Source: Escherichia coli (GTDB lineage Bacteria > Pseudomonadota > Gammaproteobacteria > Enterobacterales > Enterobacteriaceae). From it: 64,000 nucleotides of DNA. This document shows, in pieces, positions 42,890 through 55,063 of the stretch. A program made the position numbers and the translations under genes. Position 1 is the stretch's first letter. The number at the start of each line of letters is the position of its first letter. Below the pieces are notes generated by a model. That model ran no database searches. It had not been told where the DNA came from and worked only from the letters and a program-made list of their open reading frames with translations. The stretch lies in the NCBI RefSeq assembly GCF_003334815.1, contig NZ_QOWO01000016.1; one strand, written 5' to 3'.

Positions 42890-43579
42890 ATGCAACGGGA
42901 AACGGTCTGGTTAGTGGAAGATGAGCAAGGGATAGCCGACACGCTGGTCTACATGTTGCAGCAGGAAGGTTTTGCCGTCGAGGTCTTTGAGCGAGGTTTG
43001 CCGGTGCTGGATAAAGCTCGCCAGCAGGTTCCCGACGTCATGATTCTCGACGTTGGTTTGCCTGATATCAGTGGCTTTGAATTGTGCCGCCAGTTACTGG
43101 CGCTCCATCCGGCGTTACCTGTACTGTTCCTGACGGCCCGAAGTGAAGAGGTCGATCGCCTGCTTGGGCTGGAAATTGGCGCTGACGACTATGTGGCTAA
43201 ACCGTTTTCACCCCGCGAAGTGTGCGCCAGGGTGCGCACCTTACTGCGTCGGGTGAAGAAGTTCTCGACGCCGTCTCCCGTCATCCGTATTGGTCATTTT
43301 GAATTGAATGAACCCGCGGCGCAGATCAGCTGGTTTGACACGCCATTAACGCTGACGCGGTATGAGTTTTTATTGCTGAAGACGTTACTCAAGTCGCCAG
43401 GCCGCGTCTGGTCCCGCCAGCAACTAATGGATAGCGTGTGGGAAGATGCGCAGGACACCTACGATCGCACCGTCGATACCCACATTAAAACGCTGCGTGC
43501 CAAGCTGCGCGCCATCAACCCCGATCTTTCACCGATTAATACTCATCGCGGCATGGGATATAGCCTGAGGGGCTTGTAA
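42890..43579 (+). CDS. creB: two-component response regulator CreB
   Basis: 229 aa, receiver domain plus OmpR-type winged helix. Confidence 0.95.
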   Translation: MQRETVWLVEDEQGIADTLVYMLQQEGFAVEVFERGLPVLDKARQQVPDVMILDVGLPDISGFELCRQLLALHPALPVLFLTARSEEVDRLLGLEIGADDYVAKPFSPREVCARVRTLLRRVKKFSTPSPVIRIGHFELNEPAAQISWFDTPLTLTRYEFLLLKTLLKSPGRVWSRQQLMDSVWEDAQDTYDRTVDTHIKTLRAKLRAINPDLSPINTHRGMGYSLRGL

Positions 43580-45003
43580 TGCATATCGGCATGCGGTTGC
43601 TGCTGGGCTATTTTTTACTGGTGGCGGTGGCGGCCTGGTTCGTACTGGCTATTTTTGTCAAAGAAGTTAAACCGGGCGTGCGAAGAGCAACGGAGGGGAC
43701 GTTGATCGACACGGCAACGTTACTGGCGGAGCTGGCGCGTCCCGATTTGCTCTCTGGGGACCCAACGCATGGGCAACTGGCGCAGGCGTTTAATCAGCTA
43801 CAACATCGCCCGTTTCGCGCCAATATTGGTGGCATTAACAAAGTGCGCAATGAATATCATGTCTATATGACCGATGCGCAGGGCAAAGTATTGTTCGATT
43901 CGGCAAATAAAGCCGTTGGACAGGATTATTCGCGCTGGAATGACGTCTGGCTAACGTTGCGTGGTCAGTATGGTGCGCGTAGCACGTTGCAAAATCCTGC
44001 CGATCCCGAAAGTTCGGTGATGTATGTTGCCGCGCCGATTATGGACGGCTCGCGGCTTATTGGCGTTTTGAGCGTAGGCAAACCGAACGCGGCGATGGCT
44101 CCGGTCATTAAACGCAGCGAGCGGCGAATTTTATGGGCCAGCGCCATTTTGTTGGGGATCGCACTGGTGATTGGCGCAGGCATGGTTTGGTGGATCAACC
44201 GCTCCATTGCCCGGCTCACTCGCTATGCTGATTCCGTCACTGACAATAAGCCCGTTCCTCTTCCCGATCTCGGTAGTAGCGAACTGCGTAAACTCGCGCA
44301 GGCGCTGGAAAGTATGCGCGTGAAGCTGGAAGGGAAAAACTATATTGAGCAGTATGTTTATGCGTTAACCCATGAGCTAAAAAGCCCACTGGCGGCGATT
44401 CGTGGCGCGGCGGAAATTTTACGCGAAGGTCCGCCGCCGGAAGTGGTGGCTCGTTTTACCGACAACATTCTGACGCAAAATGCGCGAATGCAGGCACTGG
44501 TGGAAACGTTACTACGCCAGGCAAGACTGGAGAATCGTCAGGAAGTCGTTTTGACTGCTGTTGATGTGGCGGCATTATTCCGCCGCGTCAGCGAAGCGCG
44601 CACCGTGCAGTTGGCAGAAAAAAACATCACTCTACATGTTACGCCCACCGAGGTTAATGTTGCTGCTGAACCGGCGTTACTGGATCAGGCGCTGGGGAAT
44701 TTACTGGATAACGCCATCGATTTTACCCCCGAGAGCGGTCGTATAACGCTAAGCGCCGAAGTGGATCAGGAACACGTCACGCTTAAGGTGCTGGATACCG
44801 GTAGTGGTATTCCTGACTACGCGCTGTCACGCATTTTTGAACGCTTTTACTCTTTGCCGCGTGCAAATGGGCAAAAAAGCAGCGGTCTGGGGTTGGCGTT
44901 CGTCAGTGAGGTCGCCCGTTTGTTTAACGGCGAAGTCACGCTGCGCAACGTGCAGGAAGGTGGCGTGCTGGCCTCGCTACGACTTCACCGTCACTTCACA
45001 TAG
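43579..45003 (+). CDS. creC: sensor histidine kinase CreC
   Basis: 474 aa, TM segments, H-box HELKSPL, ATPase domain. Confidence 0.95.
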   Translation: MHIGMRLLLGYFLLVAVAAWFVLAIFVKEVKPGVRRATEGTLIDTATLLAELARPDLLSGDPTHGQLAQAFNQLQHRPFRANIGGINKVRNEYHVYMTDAQGKVLFDSANKAVGQDYSRWNDVWLTLRGQYGARSTLQNPADPESSVMYVAAPIMDGSRLIGVLSVGKPNAAMAPVIKRSERRILWASAILLGIALVIGAGMVWWINRSIARLTRYADSVTDNKPVPLPDLGSSELRKLAQALESMRVKLEGKNYIEQYVYALTHELKSPLAAIRGAAEILREGPPPEVVARFTDNILTQNARMQALVETLLRQARLENRQEVVLTAVDVAALFRRVSEARTVQLAEKNITLHVTPTEVNVAAEPALLDQALGNLLDNAIDFTPESGRITLSAEVDQEHVTLKVLDTGSGIPDYALSRIFERFYSLPRANGQKSSGLGLAFVSEVARLFNGEVTLRNVQEGGVLASLRLHRHFT

Positions 45004-45060
45004 CTTCAAATTCTTCCCACATAGCCTTCGTATCCTGCTGCCATTGCAAAGGAGAAGACT

Positions 45061-46413
45061 ATGTTGAAATCCCCCCTGTTCTGGAAAATGACCACCTTGT
45101 TTGGTGCAGTATTGCTGTTGTTGATTCCGATAATGCTGATTCGGCAAGTGATTGTCGAACGTGCCGATTACCGTAGCGATGTGGAAGATGCGATTCGCCA
45201 AAGTACCAGCGGGCCGCAAAAACTCGTTGGGCCGCTTATCGCTATTCCTGTGACCGAGCTTTATACGGTGCAGGAAGAGGATAAAACCGTGGAGCGGAAA
45301 CGAAGTTTTATCCATTTTTGGTTACCTGAGTCATTGATGGTTGATGGCAATCAGAACGTGGAAGAACGCAAGATAGGGATTTATACCGGTCAGGTCTGGC
45401 ACAGTGATTTAACGCTAAAAGCCGATTTCGATGTTTCGCGTCTTAGCGAGCTCAACGCGCCAAATATCATCTTAGGCAAGCCCTTTATTGTGATTAGCGT
45501 CGGGGATGCGCGTGGTATTGGTGTGGTGAAAGCGCCTGAAGTTAACGGAACGGCGCTGACCATTGAACCCGGTACCGGGTTAGAGCAAGGCGGGCAGGGC
45601 GTGCATATCCCTTTACCCGAAGGGGACTGGCGCAAGCAGAACCTGCAGCTGAATATGGCACTGAATTTAAGCGGTACCGGCGATCTTTCTGTGGTGCCTG
45701 CCGGGCGTAATAGCGAAATGACCTTAACCAGCAACTGGCCGCATCCCAGTTTTTTAGGTGATTTTCTACCAGCCAAACGGGAAGTTAGCGAGTCAGGTTT
45801 TCAGGCGCAATGGCAAAGCAGCTGGTTTGCTAATAATCTCGGTGAGCGTTTTGCTTCAGGCAATGATACCGGCTGGGAAAACTTCCCCGCGTTTAGCGTC
45901 GCAGTGACGACGCCAGCAGATCAATACCAATTAACTGACCGGGCGACTAAGTATGCCATTCTGCTGATTGCGCTGACTTTTATGGCGTTCTTTGTTTTTG
46001 AAACGCTCACCGCGCAACGCTTACACCCAATGCAATATTTGCTGGTGGGGCTTTCATTGGTGATGTTTTATTTGCTCTTGCTGGCGCTTTCTGAACATAC
46101 CGGTTTTACCGTGGCATGGATAATCGCCAGTCTGATTGGGGCGTTAATGAACGGTATTTATTTGCAGGCGGTATTGAAAGGCTGGCGCAACAGCATGTTG
46201 TTTACCCTCGCGCTGTTGTTGCTGGATGGTGTGATGTGGGGACTGCTCAACTCTGCCGATAGCGCGCTGTTGTTGGGAACCAGTGTGCTGGTGGTGGCGC
46301 TGGCCGGCATGATGTTTGTGACTCGTAATATCGACTGGTATGCGTTTTCACTGCCGAAAATGAAAGCCAGTAAAGAAGTTACAATGGACGATCAATTACG
46401 TATCTGGAAATAA
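45061..46413 (+). CDS. creD: inner membrane protein CreD
   Basis: 450 aa, multiple TM segments, downstream of creC. Confidence 0.93.
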   Translation: MLKSPLFWKMTTLFGAVLLLLIPIMLIRQVIVERADYRSDVEDAIRQSTSGPQKLVGPLIAIPVTELYTVQEEDKTVERKRSFIHFWLPESLMVDGNQNVEERKIGIYTGQVWHSDLTLKADFDVSRLSELNAPNIILGKPFIVISVGDARGIGVVKAPEVNGTALTIEPGTGLEQGGQGVHIPLPEGDWRKQNLQLNMALNLSGTGDLSVVPAGRNSEMTLTSNWPHPSFLGDFLPAKREVSESGFQAQWQSSWFANNLGERFASGNDTGWENFPAFSVAVTTPADQYQLTDRATKYAILLIALTFMAFFVFETLTAQRLHPMQYLLVGLSLVMFYLLLLALSEHTGFTVAWIIASLIGALMNGIYLQAVLKGWRNSMLFTLALLLLDGVMWGLLNSADSALLLGTSVLVVALAGMMFVTRNIDWYAFSLPKMKASKEVTMDDQLRIWK

Positions 46414-46424
46414 GGTTGAAAAAT

Positions 46425-46455
46425 AAAAACGGCGCTAAAAAGCGCCATTTTTTTT
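46425..46455. terminator. bidirectional Rho-independent terminator (creD / arcA)
   Basis: aaaaacggcgctaaaaagcgccattttttttt. Confidence 0.8.
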
Positions 46456-46472
46456 GACGGTGGTAACGCCGA

Positions 46473-47189
46473 TTAATCTTCCAGATCACCGCAGAAGCGA
46501 TAACCTTCACCGTGGATGGTGGCGATGATTTCCGGCGTATCCGGCGTAGATTCGAAATGTTTACGAATACGGCGGATCGTCACGTCTACAGTACGGTCGT
46601 GTGGTTTCAGCTCACGGCCGGTCATTTTCTTCAGCAGTTCAGCACGGGACTGAATTTTGCCTGGGTTTTCACAGAAGTGAAGCATGGCGCGGAACTCGCT
46701 GCGCGGCAGCTTGTACTGCTCGCCATCAGGGCCGATCAACGAACGGCTGTTGATGTCCAGTTCCCAACCATTGAACTTGTAGCTTTCAACGCTACGACGT
46801 TCTTCGCTGACAGTACCCAGATTCATGGTACGGGACAGCAGGTTGCGTGCACGAATCGTCAGTTCACGCGGGTTGAACGGTTTGGTGATGTAGTCATCTG
46901 CACCGATTTCGAGGCCGAGAATTTTATCGACTTCGTTGTCACGGCCAGTCAGGAACATCAACGCAACATTCGCCTGCTCGCGCAGTTCACGCGCTAACAG
47001 AAGACCGTTCTTACCCGGCAGATTGATATCCATGATCACCAGGTTGATGTCATATTCAGAGAGGATCTGATGCATTTCCGCGCCATCTGTCGCTTCGAAA
47101 ACATCATAGCCTTCCGCTTCGAAAATACTTTTCAACGTGTTGCGTGTTACCAACTCGTCTTCAACGATAAGAATGTGCGGGGTCTGCAT
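46473..47189 (-). CDS. arcA: aerobic respiration control response regulator ArcA
   Basis: 238 aa [30 protein letters not shown]..., K-12 ArcA. Confidence 0.98.
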
Positions 47190-47284
47190 GTTTGCTACCT
47201 AAATTGCCAACTAAATCGAAACAGGAAGTACAAAAGTCCCTGACCTGCCTGATGCATGCTGCAAATTAACATGATCGGCGTAAC

Positions 47285-47425
47285 ATGACTAAAGTACGTA
47301 ATTGCGTTCTTGATGCACTTTCCATCAACGTCAACAACATCATTAGCTTGGTCGTGGGTACTTTCCCTCAGGACCCGACAGTGTCAAAAACGGCTGTCAT
47401 CCTAACCATTTTAACAGCAACATAA
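47285..47425 (+). CDS. yjjY: small protein YjjY
   Basis: 46 aa MTKVRNCVLDALSINVNNIISLVVGTFPQDPTVSKTAVILTILTAT, recalled from K-12. Confidence 0.6.
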   Translation: MTKVRNCVLDALSINVNNIISLVVGTFPQDPTVSKTAVILTILTAT

Positions 47426-47824
47426 CAGGCTAAGAGGGGCCGGACACCCAATAAAACTACGCTTCGTTGACATATATCAAGTTCAATTGTAGCACGTTAA
47501 CAGTTTGATGAAATCATCGTATCTAAATGCTAGCTTTCGTCACATTATTTTAATAATCCAACTAGTTGCATCATACAACTAATAAACGTGGTGAATCCAA
47601 TTGTCGAGATTTATTTTTTATAAAATTATCCTAAGTAAACAGAAGGATATGTAGCATTTTTTAACAATTCAACCGTTAGTACAGTCAGGAAATAGTTTAG
47701 CCTTTTTTAAGCTAAGTAAAGGGCTTTTTCTGCGACTTACGTTAAGGATTTGTAAATTCGCACCGCGTAATAAGTTGACAGTGATCACCCTGTTCGCGGT
47801 CATTTGGTCAAGAAGAGTGGCAAT

Positions 47825-48511
47825 ATGCGTATAACGATTATTCTGGTCGCACCCGCCAGAGCAGAAAATATTGGGGCAGCGGCGCGGGCAATGAAAACGA
47901 TGGGGTTTAGCGAACTGCGGATTGTCGATAGTCAGGCACATCTGGAGCCAGCCACTCGCTGGGTCGCACATGGATCTGGTGATATTATTGATAATATTAA
48001 AGTTTTCCCGACACTGGTTGAATCGTTACACGATGTCGATTTCACTGTCGCCACCACTGCGCGCAGTCGGGCGAAATATCATTACTACGCCACGCCAGTT
48101 GAACTGGTGCCGCTGTTAGAGGAAAAATCTTCATGGATGAGCCATGCCGCGCTGGTGTTTGGTCGCGAAGATTCCGGGTTGACTAACGAAGAGTTAGCGT
48201 TGGCTGACGTTCTTACTGGTGTGCCGATGGTGGCGGATTATCCTTCGCTCAATCTGGGGCAGGCAGTGATGGTCTATTGCTATCAATTAGCAACATTAAT
48301 ACAACAACCGACGAAAAGTGACACAACGGCAGACCAACATCAACTGCAAGCTTTACGCGAACGAGTCATGGCATTGCTGACGACTCTGGCAGTGGCAGAT
48401 GACATAAAACTGGTCGACTGGTTACAGCAACGCCTGGGGCTTTTAGAGCAACGAGACACGGCAATGTTGCACCGTTTGCTGCATGATATTGAAAAAAATA
48501 TCACCAAATAA
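47825..48511 (+). CDS. yjtD: SpoU-class tRNA/rRNA 2'-O-methyltransferase
   Basis: 228 aa MRITIILVAPARAENIGAAARAMKTMGF..., K-12 YjtD (LasT). Confidence 0.92.
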   Translation: MRITIILVAPARAENIGAAARAMKTMGFSELRIVDSQAHLEPATRWVAHGSGDIIDNIKVFPTLVESLHDVDFTVATTARSRAKYHYYATPVELVPLLEEKSSWMSHAALVFGREDSGLTNEELALADVLTGVPMVADYPSLNLGQAVMVYCYQLATLIQQPTKSDTTADQHQLQALRERVMALLTTLAVADDIKLVDWLQQRLGLLEQRDTAMLHRLLHDIEKNITK

Positions 48512-48721
48512 AAAACGCCTTAGTAAGTATTTTTCAGCTTTTCATTCTGACTGCAATGGGCAATATGTCTCTGTGTGGATTAAAAAAAGAGTCTCTGACA
48601 GCAGCTTCTGAACTGGTTACCTGCCGTGAGTAAATTAAAATTTTATTGACTTAGGTCACTAAATACTTTAACCAATATAGGCATAGCGCACAGACAGATA
48701 AAAATTACAGAGTACACAACA

Positions 48722-48790
<69 letters not shown>

Positions 48791-48813
48791 CGCGTACAGG
48801 AAACACAGAAAAA

Positions 48814-48845
48814 AGCCCGCACCTGACAGTGCGGGCTTTTTTTTT
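48814..48845 (+). terminator. thr attenuator terminator
   Basis: agcccgcacctgacagtgcgggct hairpin plus T9. Confidence 0.9.
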
Positions 48846-48871
48846 CGACCAAAGGTAACGAGGTAACAACC

Positions 48872-51334
48872 ATGCGAGTGTTGAAGTTCGGCGGTACATC
48901 AGTGGCAAATGCAGAACGTTTTCTGCGGGTTGCCGATATTCTGGAAAGCAATGCCAGGCAGGGGCAGGTGGCCACCGTCCTCTCTGCCCCCGCCAAAATC
49001 ACCAACCACCTGGTGGCGATGATTGAAAAAACCATTAGCGGCCAGGATGCTTTACCCAATATCAGCGATGCCGAACGTATTTTTGCCGAACTTTTGACGG
49101 GACTCGCCGCCGCCCAGCCGGGATTCCCGCTGGCGCAATTGAAAACTTTCGTCGACCAGGAATTTGCCCAAATAAAACATGTCCTGCATGGCATTAGTTT
49201 GTTAGGGCAGTGCCCGGATAGCATTAACGCTGCGCTGATTTGCCGTGGCGAGAAAATGTCGATCGCCATTATGGCCGGCGTGTTAGAAGCGCGTGGTCAC
49301 AACGTTACCGTTATCGATCCGGTCGAAAAACTACTGGCAGTGGGGCATTACCTCGAATCTACCGTCGATATTGCTGAGTCCACCCGCCGTATTGCGGCAA
49401 GTCGTATTCCGGCTGATCACATGGTGCTGATGGCAGGCTTCACCGCCGGTAATGAAAAAGGCGAACTGGTGGTACTTGGACGCAACGGTTCCGACTACTC
49501 CGCGGCGGTGCTGGCTGCCTGTTTACGCGCCGATTGTTGCGAGATTTGGACGGACGTTGACGGGGTCTATACCTGCGACCCGCGTCAGGTGCCCGATGCG
49601 AGGTTGTTGAAGTCGATGTCCTACCAGGAAGCGATGGAGCTTTCCTACTTCGGCGCTAAAGTTCTTCACCCCCGCACCATTACCCCCATCGCCCAGTTCC
49701 AGATCCCTTGCCTGATTAAAAATACCGGAAATCCTCAAGCACCAGGTACGCTCATTGGTGCCAGTCGTGATGAAGACGAATTACCGGTCAAGGGCATTTC
49801 CAATCTGAATAACATGGCAATGTTCAGCGTTTCCGGCCCGGGGATGAAAGGAATGGTCGGCATGGCGGCGCGCGTCTTTGCCGCGATGTCACGCGCCCGT
49901 ATTTCCGTGGTGCTGATTACGCAATCATCTTCCGAATACAGTATCAGTTTCTGCGTTCCGCAAAGCGACTGTGTGCGGGCTGAACGGGCAATGCAGGAAG
50001 AGTTCTACCTGGAACTGAAAGAAGGCTTACTGGAGCCGCTGGCGGTGACGGAACGGCTGGCCATTATCTCGGTGGTAGGTGATGGTATGCGTACCTTGCG
50101 TGGGATCTCGGCGAAATTCTTTGCCGCGCTGGCCCGCGCCAATATCAACATTGTCGCTATTGCTCAGGGATCTTCTGAACGCTCAATCTCTGTCGTGGTA
50201 AATAACGATGATGCGACCACTGGCGTGCGCGTTACTCATCAGATGCTGTTCAATACCGATCAGGTTATCGAAGTGTTTGTGATTGGCGTCGGTGGCGTTG
50301 GCGGTGCGCTGCTGGAGCAACTGAAGCGTCAACAAAGCTGGCTGAAGAATAAACATATCGACTTACGTGTCTGCGGTGTTGCCAACTCGAAGGCACTGCT
50401 CACCAATGTGCATGGCCTAAATCTGGAAAACTGGCAGGAAGAACTGGCGCAAGCCAAAGAGCCGTTTAATCTCGGGCGCTTAATTCGCCTCGTGAAAGAA
50501 TATCATCTGCTGAACCCGGTCATTGTTGACTGCACCTCCAGCCAGGCAGTGGCGGATCAATATGCCGACTTCCTGCGCGAAGGTTTCCACGTTGTCACGC
50601 CGAACAAAAAGGCCAACACCTCGTCGATGGATTACTACCATCTGTTGCGTCATGCGGCGGAAAAATCGCGGCGGAAATTCCTCTATGACACCAACGTTGG
50701 GGCTGGATTACCGGTTATTGAAAACCTGCAAAATCTGCTCAATGCTGGTGATGAATTGATGAAGTTCTCCGGCATTCTTTCAGGATCGCTTTCTTATATC
50801 TTCGGCAAGTTAGACGAAGGCATGAGTTTCTCCGAGGCGACCACGCTGGCACGGGAAATGGGTTATACCGAACCGGATCCGCGAGATGATCTTTCTGGTA
50901 TGGATGTGGCGCGTAAACTATTGATTCTCTCCCGTGAAACGGGACGTGAACTGGAGCTGGCGGATATTGAAATTGAACCTGTGCTGCCCGCAGAGTTTAA
51001 CGCCGAGGGTGATGTTGCCGCTTTTATGGCGAATCTGTCACAGCTCGACGATCGCTTTGCCGCGCGCGTGGCGAAGGCCCGTGATGAAGGAAAAGTTTTG
51101 CGCTATGTTGGCAATATTGATGAAGATGGCGTCTGTCGCGTGAAGATTGCCGAAGTGGATGGTAATGATCCGCTGTTCAAAGTGAAAAATGGCGAAAACG
51201 CCCTGGCCTTCTATAGCCACTATTATCAGCCGCTGCCGTTGGTGCTGCGCGGATATGGTGCGGGCAATGACGTTACCGCTGCTGGTGTCTTTGCCGATCT
51301 GCTGCGTACCCTCTCATGGAAGTTAGGAGTCTGA
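48872..51334 (+). CDS. thrA: bifunctional aspartokinase I / homoserine dehydrogenase I
   Basis: 820 aa [26 protein letters not shown]..., K-12 ThrA. Confidence 0.98.
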   Translation: MRVLKFGGTSVANAERFLRVADILESNARQGQVATVLSAPAKITNHLVAMIEKTISGQDALPNISDAERIFAELLTGLAAAQPGFPLAQLKTFVDQEFAQIKHVLHGISLLGQCPDSINAALICRGEKMSIAIMAGVLEARGHNVTVIDPVEKLLAVGHYLESTVDIAESTRRIAASRIPADHMVLMAGFTAGNEKGELVVLGRNGSDYSAAVLAACLRADCCEIWTDVDGVYTCDPRQVPDARLLKSMSYQEAMELSYFGAKVLHPRTITPIAQFQIPCLIKNTGNPQAPGTLIGASRDEDELPVKGISNLNNMAMFSVSGPGMKGMVGMAARVFAAMSRARISVVLITQSSSEYSISFCVPQSDCVRAERAMQEEFYLELKEGLLEPLAVTERLAIISVVGDGMRTLRGISAKFFAALARANINIVAIAQGSSERSISVVVNNDDATTGVRVTHQMLFNTDQVIEVFVIGVGGVGGALLEQLKRQQSWLKNKHIDLRVCGVANSKALLTNVHGLNLENWQEELAQAKEPFNLGRLIRLVKEYHLLNPVIVDCTSSQAVADQYADFLREGFHVVTPNKKANTSSMDYYHLLRHAAEKSRRKFLYDTNVGAGLPVIENLQNLLNAGDELMKFSGILSGSLSYIFGKLDEGMSFSEATTLAREMGYTEPDPRDDLSGMDVARKLLILSRETGRELELADIEIEPVLPAEFNAEGDVAAFMANLSQLDDRFAARVAKARDEGKVLRYVGNIDEDGVCRVKIAEVDGNDPLFKVKNGENALAFYSHYYQPLPLVLRGYGAGNDVTAAGVFADLLRTLSWKLGV

Positions 51335-51335
51335 C

Positions 51336-52268
51336 ATGGTTAAAGTTTATGCCCCGGCTTCCAGTGCCAATATGAGCGTCGGGTTTGATGTGCTCGGGGC
51401 GGCGGTGACACCCGTTGATGGTGCATTGCTCGGAGATGTAGTTACGGTTGAGGCGGCAGAGATATTCAGTCTCAACAACCTCGGGCGCTTTGCCGATAAG
51501 CTGCCGTCAGAACCACGGGAAAATATCGTTTATCAGTGCTGGGAGCGTTTTTGCCAGGAGCTTGGCAAGCAAATTCCAGTGGCGATGACTCTGGAAAAGA
51601 ATATGCCGATCGGTTCGGGCTTAGGCTCCAGCGCCTGTTCGGTGGTCGCGGCGCTGATGGCGATGAATGAACACTGCGGCAAGCCGCTTAATGACACTCG
51701 TTTGCTGGCTTTGATGGGCGAGCTGGAAGGACGTATCTCCGGCAGCATTCATTACGACAACGTGGCACCGTGTTTTCTAGGTGGTATGCAGTTGATGATC
51801 GAAGAAAACGACATCATCAGCCAGCAAGTGCCTGGGTTTGATGAGTGGCTGTGGGTGCTGGCGTATCCGGGGATTAAAGTCTCGACGGCAGAAGCCCGGG
51901 CTATTTTACCGGCGCAGTATCGCCGCCAGGATTGCATTGCGCACGGGCGACATCTGGCAGGCTTCATTCACGCCTGCTATTCCCGTCAGCCTGAGCTTGC
52001 CGCGAAGCTGATGAAAGATGTTATCGCTGAACCCTACCGTGAACGATTACTGCCAGGCTTCCGGCAGGCGCGGCAGGCGGTCGCGGAAATCGGCGCGGTA
52101 GCGAGCGGTATCTCCGGCTCCGGCCCGACCTTGTTCGCTCTGTGTGACAAGCCGGATACCGCCCAGCGCGTTGCCGACTGGTTGGGTAAGAACTACCTGC
52201 AAAATCAGGAAGGTTTTGTTCATATTTGCCGGCTGGATACGGCGGGCGCACGAGTACTGGAAAACTAA
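51336..52268 (+). CDS. thrB: homoserine kinase
   Basis: 310 aa [24 protein letters not shown]..., K-12 ThrB. Confidence 0.98.
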   Translation: MVKVYAPASSANMSVGFDVLGAAVTPVDGALLGDVVTVEAAEIFSLNNLGRFADKLPSEPRENIVYQCWERFCQELGKQIPVAMTLEKNMPIGSGLGSSACSVVAALMAMNEHCGKPLNDTRLLALMGELEGRISGSIHYDNVAPCFLGGMQLMIEENDIISQQVPGFDEWLWVLAYPGIKVSTAEARAILPAQYRRQDCIAHGRHLAGFIHACYSRQPELAAKLMKDVIAEPYRERLLPGFRQARQAVAEIGAVASGISGSGPTLFALCDKPDTAQRVADWLGKNYLQNQEGFVHICRLDTAGARVLEN

Positions 52269-53555
52269 ATGAAACTCTACAATCTGAAAGATCACAACGA
52301 GCAGGTCAGCTTTGCGCAAGCCGTAACCCAGGGGTTGGGCAAAAATCAGGGGCTGTTTTTTCCGCATGACCTGCCGGAATTCAGCCTGACTGAAATTGAT
52401 GAGATGCTGAAGCTGGATTTTGTCACCCGCAGTGCGAAGATCCTCTCGGCGTTTATTGGTGATGAAATCCCGCAGGAAATCCTGGAAGAGCGCGTGCGCG
52501 CGGCGTTTGCCTTCCCGGCTCCGGTCGCCAATGTTGAAAGCGATGTCGGTTGTCTGGAATTGTTCCACGGGCCAACGCTGGCATTTAAAGATTTCGGCGG
52601 TCGCTTTATGGCACAAATGCTGACCCATATTGCGGGTGATAAGCCAGTGACCATTCTGACCGCGACCTCCGGTGATACCGGAGCGGCAGTGGCTCATGCT
52701 TTCTACGGTTTGCCGAATGTGAAAGTGGTTATCCTCTATCCACGAGGCAAAATCAGTCCACTGCAAGAAAAACTGTTCTGTACATTGGGCGGCAATATCG
52801 AAACTGTTGCCATCGACGGCGATTTCGATGCCTGTCAGGCGCTGGTGAAGCAGGCGTTTGATGATGAAGAACTGAAAGTGGCGCTGGGGTTAAACTCAGC
52901 TAACTCGATTAACATCAGCCGTTTGCTGGCGCAGATTTGCTACTACTTTGAAGCTGTTGCGCAGCTGCCGCAGGAGGCGCGCAACCAGCTGGTTGTTTCG
53001 GTACCAAGCGGAAACTTCGGCGATTTGACGGCGGGTCTGCTGGCGAAGTCACTCGGTCTGCCGGTGAAACGTTTTATTGCTGCGACCAACGTGAACGATA
53101 CCGTGCCACGTTTCCTGCACGACGGTCAGTGGTCCCCCAAAGCGACTCAGGCGACGTTATCCAACGCGATGGACGTGAGTCAGCCGAACAACTGGCCGCG
53201 TGTGGAAGAGTTGTTCCGCCGCAAAATCTGGCAACTGAAAGAGCTGGGTTATGCAGCCGTGGATGATGAAACCACGCAACAGACAATGCGTGAGTTAAAA
53301 GAACTGGGCTACACCTCGGAGCCGCACGCTGCCGTAGCGTATCGTGCGCTGCGTGACCAGTTGAATCCAGGCGAATATGGCTTGTTCCTCGGCACCGCGC
53401 ATCCGGCGAAATTTAAAGAGAGCGTGGAAGCGATTCTCGGTGAAACGTTGGATCTGCCAAAAGAGCTGGCAGAACGTGCTGATTTACCCTTGCTTTCACA
53501 TAATCTGCCCGCCGATTTTGCTGCGTTGCGTAAATTGATGATGAATCATCAGTAA
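52269..53555 (+). CDS. thrC: threonine synthase
   Basis: 428 aa MKLYNLKDHNEQVSFAQAVTQGLGK..., K-12 ThrC. Confidence 0.98.
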   Translation: MKLYNLKDHNEQVSFAQAVTQGLGKNQGLFFPHDLPEFSLTEIDEMLKLDFVTRSAKILSAFIGDEIPQEILEERVRAAFAFPAPVANVESDVGCLELFHGPTLAFKDFGGRFMAQMLTHIAGDKPVTILTATSGDTGAAVAHAFYGLPNVKVVILYPRGKISPLQEKLFCTLGGNIETVAIDGDFDACQALVKQAFDDEELKVALGLNSANSINISRLLAQICYYFEAVAQLPQEARNQLVVSVPSGNFGDLTAGLLAKSLGLPVKRFIAATNVNDTVPRFLHDGQWSPKATQATLSNAMDVSQPNNWPRVEELFRRKIWQLKELGYAAVDDETTQQTMRELKELGYTSEPHAAVAYRALRDQLNPGEYGLFLGTAHPAKFKESVEAILGETLDLPKELAERADLPLLSHNLPADFAALRKLMMNHQ

Positions 53556-53768
53556 CATCTATTCATTATCTCAATCAGGCCGGGTTTGCTTTTATGCAGC
53601 CCGGCTTTTTTGTGAAGAAAATATGGAGAGAAACGACAGGGAAAAAGGAGAAATTCTCAATAAATGCGGTAACTTAGAGATTAGGATTGCGGAGAATAAC
53701 AACCGCCGTTCTCATCGCGTAATCTCCGGATATCGACCCATAACGGGCAATGATAAAAGGAGTAACCT

Positions 53769-54065
53769 GTGAAAAAGATGCAATCTATCGTACTCGCACT
53801 TTCCCTGGTTCTGGTCGCTCCCATGGCAGCGCAGGCTGCGGAAATTACGTTAGTCCCGTCAGTAAAATTACAGATAGGCGATCGTGATAATCGCGGTTAT
53901 TACTGGGATGGCGGTCACTGGCGCGACCACGGCTGGTGGAAACAACATTATGAATGGCGAGGCAATCGCTGGCACCCACACGGACCGCCGCCACCGCCGC
54001 GTCACCATAAGAAAGCTCATCATGATCATCACGGCGGTCATGGTCCAGGCAAACATCACCGCTAA
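53769..54065 (+). CDS. yaaX: secreted His/Pro-rich small protein YaaX
   Basis: 98 aa with signal peptide and [15 protein letters not shown] tail. Confidence 0.9.
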   Translation: MKKMQSIVLALSLVLVAPMAAQAAEITLVPSVKLQIGDRDNRGYYWDGGHWRDHGWWKQHYEWRGNRWHPHGPPPPPRHHKKAHHDHHGGHGPGKHHR

Positions 54066-54074
54066 ATGACAAAT

Positions 54075-54215
54075 GCCGGGTAACAATCCGGCATTCAGCG
54101 CCTGATGCGACGCTGGCGCGTCTTATCAGGCCTACGTGAATTCTGCAATATATTGAATCTGCATGCTTTTGTAGGCCGGATAAGGCGTTCACGCCGCATC
54201 CGGCATTGACTGCAA
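54075..54215. repeat. REP/BIME elements (yaaX-yaaA intergenic)
   Basis: gccggatgcggcgtgaacgccttatccggcctac motifs in inverted pair. Confidence 0.8.
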
Positions 54216-54217
54216 AC

Positions 54218-54994
54218 TTAACGCTGCTCGTAGCGTTTAAACACCAGTTCGCCATTGCTGGAGGAAGCTTCATCAAAGAAGTAACCTTCGCTATTAAAAC
54301 CAGTCAGTTGCTCTGGTTTGGTCAGCCGATTTTCAATAATAAAACGACTCATCAGACCGCGTGCTTTCTTAGCGTAGAAGCTGATTATCTTAAATTTGCC
54401 GTTCTTCTCATCGAGGAACACCGGCTTGATAATCTCGGCATTCAATTTCTTCGGCTTCACCGATTTAAAATACTCATCTGACGCCAGATTAATCACCACA
54501 TTATCGCCTTGTGCTGCGAGCGCCTCGTTCAGCTTGTTGGTGATGATATCTCCCCAGAATTGATACAGATCTTTCCCTCGGGCATTCTCAAGACGGATCC
54601 CCATTTCCAGACGATAAGGCTGCATTAAATCGAGCGGGCGCAGTACGCCATACAAGCCGGAAAGCATTCGCAAATGCTGTTGGGCAAAATCGAAATCGTC
54701 TTCGCTGAAGGTTTCGGCCTGCAAGCCGGTGTAGACATCACCTTTAAACGCCAGAATCGCCTGGCGGGCATTCTCCGGCGTGAAATCTGGCTGCCAGTCA
54801 TGAAAGCGAGCGGCGTTGATACCCGCCAGTTTGTCGCTGATGCGCATCAGCGTGCTAATCTGCGGAGGCGTCAGTTTCCGCGCTTCATGGATCAACTGCT
54901 GGGAATTGTCTAACAGCTCCGGCAGCGTATAGCGCGTGGTGGTCAACGGGCTTTGGTAATCAAGCGTTTTCGCAGGTGAAATAAGAATCAGCAT
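54218..54994 (-). CDS. yaaA: peroxide stress protein YaaA
   Basis: 258 aa [28 protein letters not shown]..., K-12 YaaA. Confidence 0.95.
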   Translation of the reverse strand: MLILISPAKTLDYQSPLTTTRYTLPELLDNSQQLIHEARKLTPPQISTLMRISDKLAGINAARFHDWQPDFTPENARQAILAFKGDVYTGLQAETFSEDDFDFAQQHLRMLSGLYGVLRPLDLMQPYRLEMGIRLENARGKDLYQFWGDIITNKLNEALAAQGDNVVINLASDEYFKSVKPKKLNAEIIKPVFLDEKNGKFKIISFYAKKARGLMSRFIIENRLTKPEQLTGFNSEGYFFDEASSSNGELVFKRYEQR

Positions 54995-55063
54995 ATCCAG
55001 TCCTTGCAGGAAATTTATGCCGACTTTAGCAAAAAAAGAGAATGAGTTGATCGATAGTTGTGA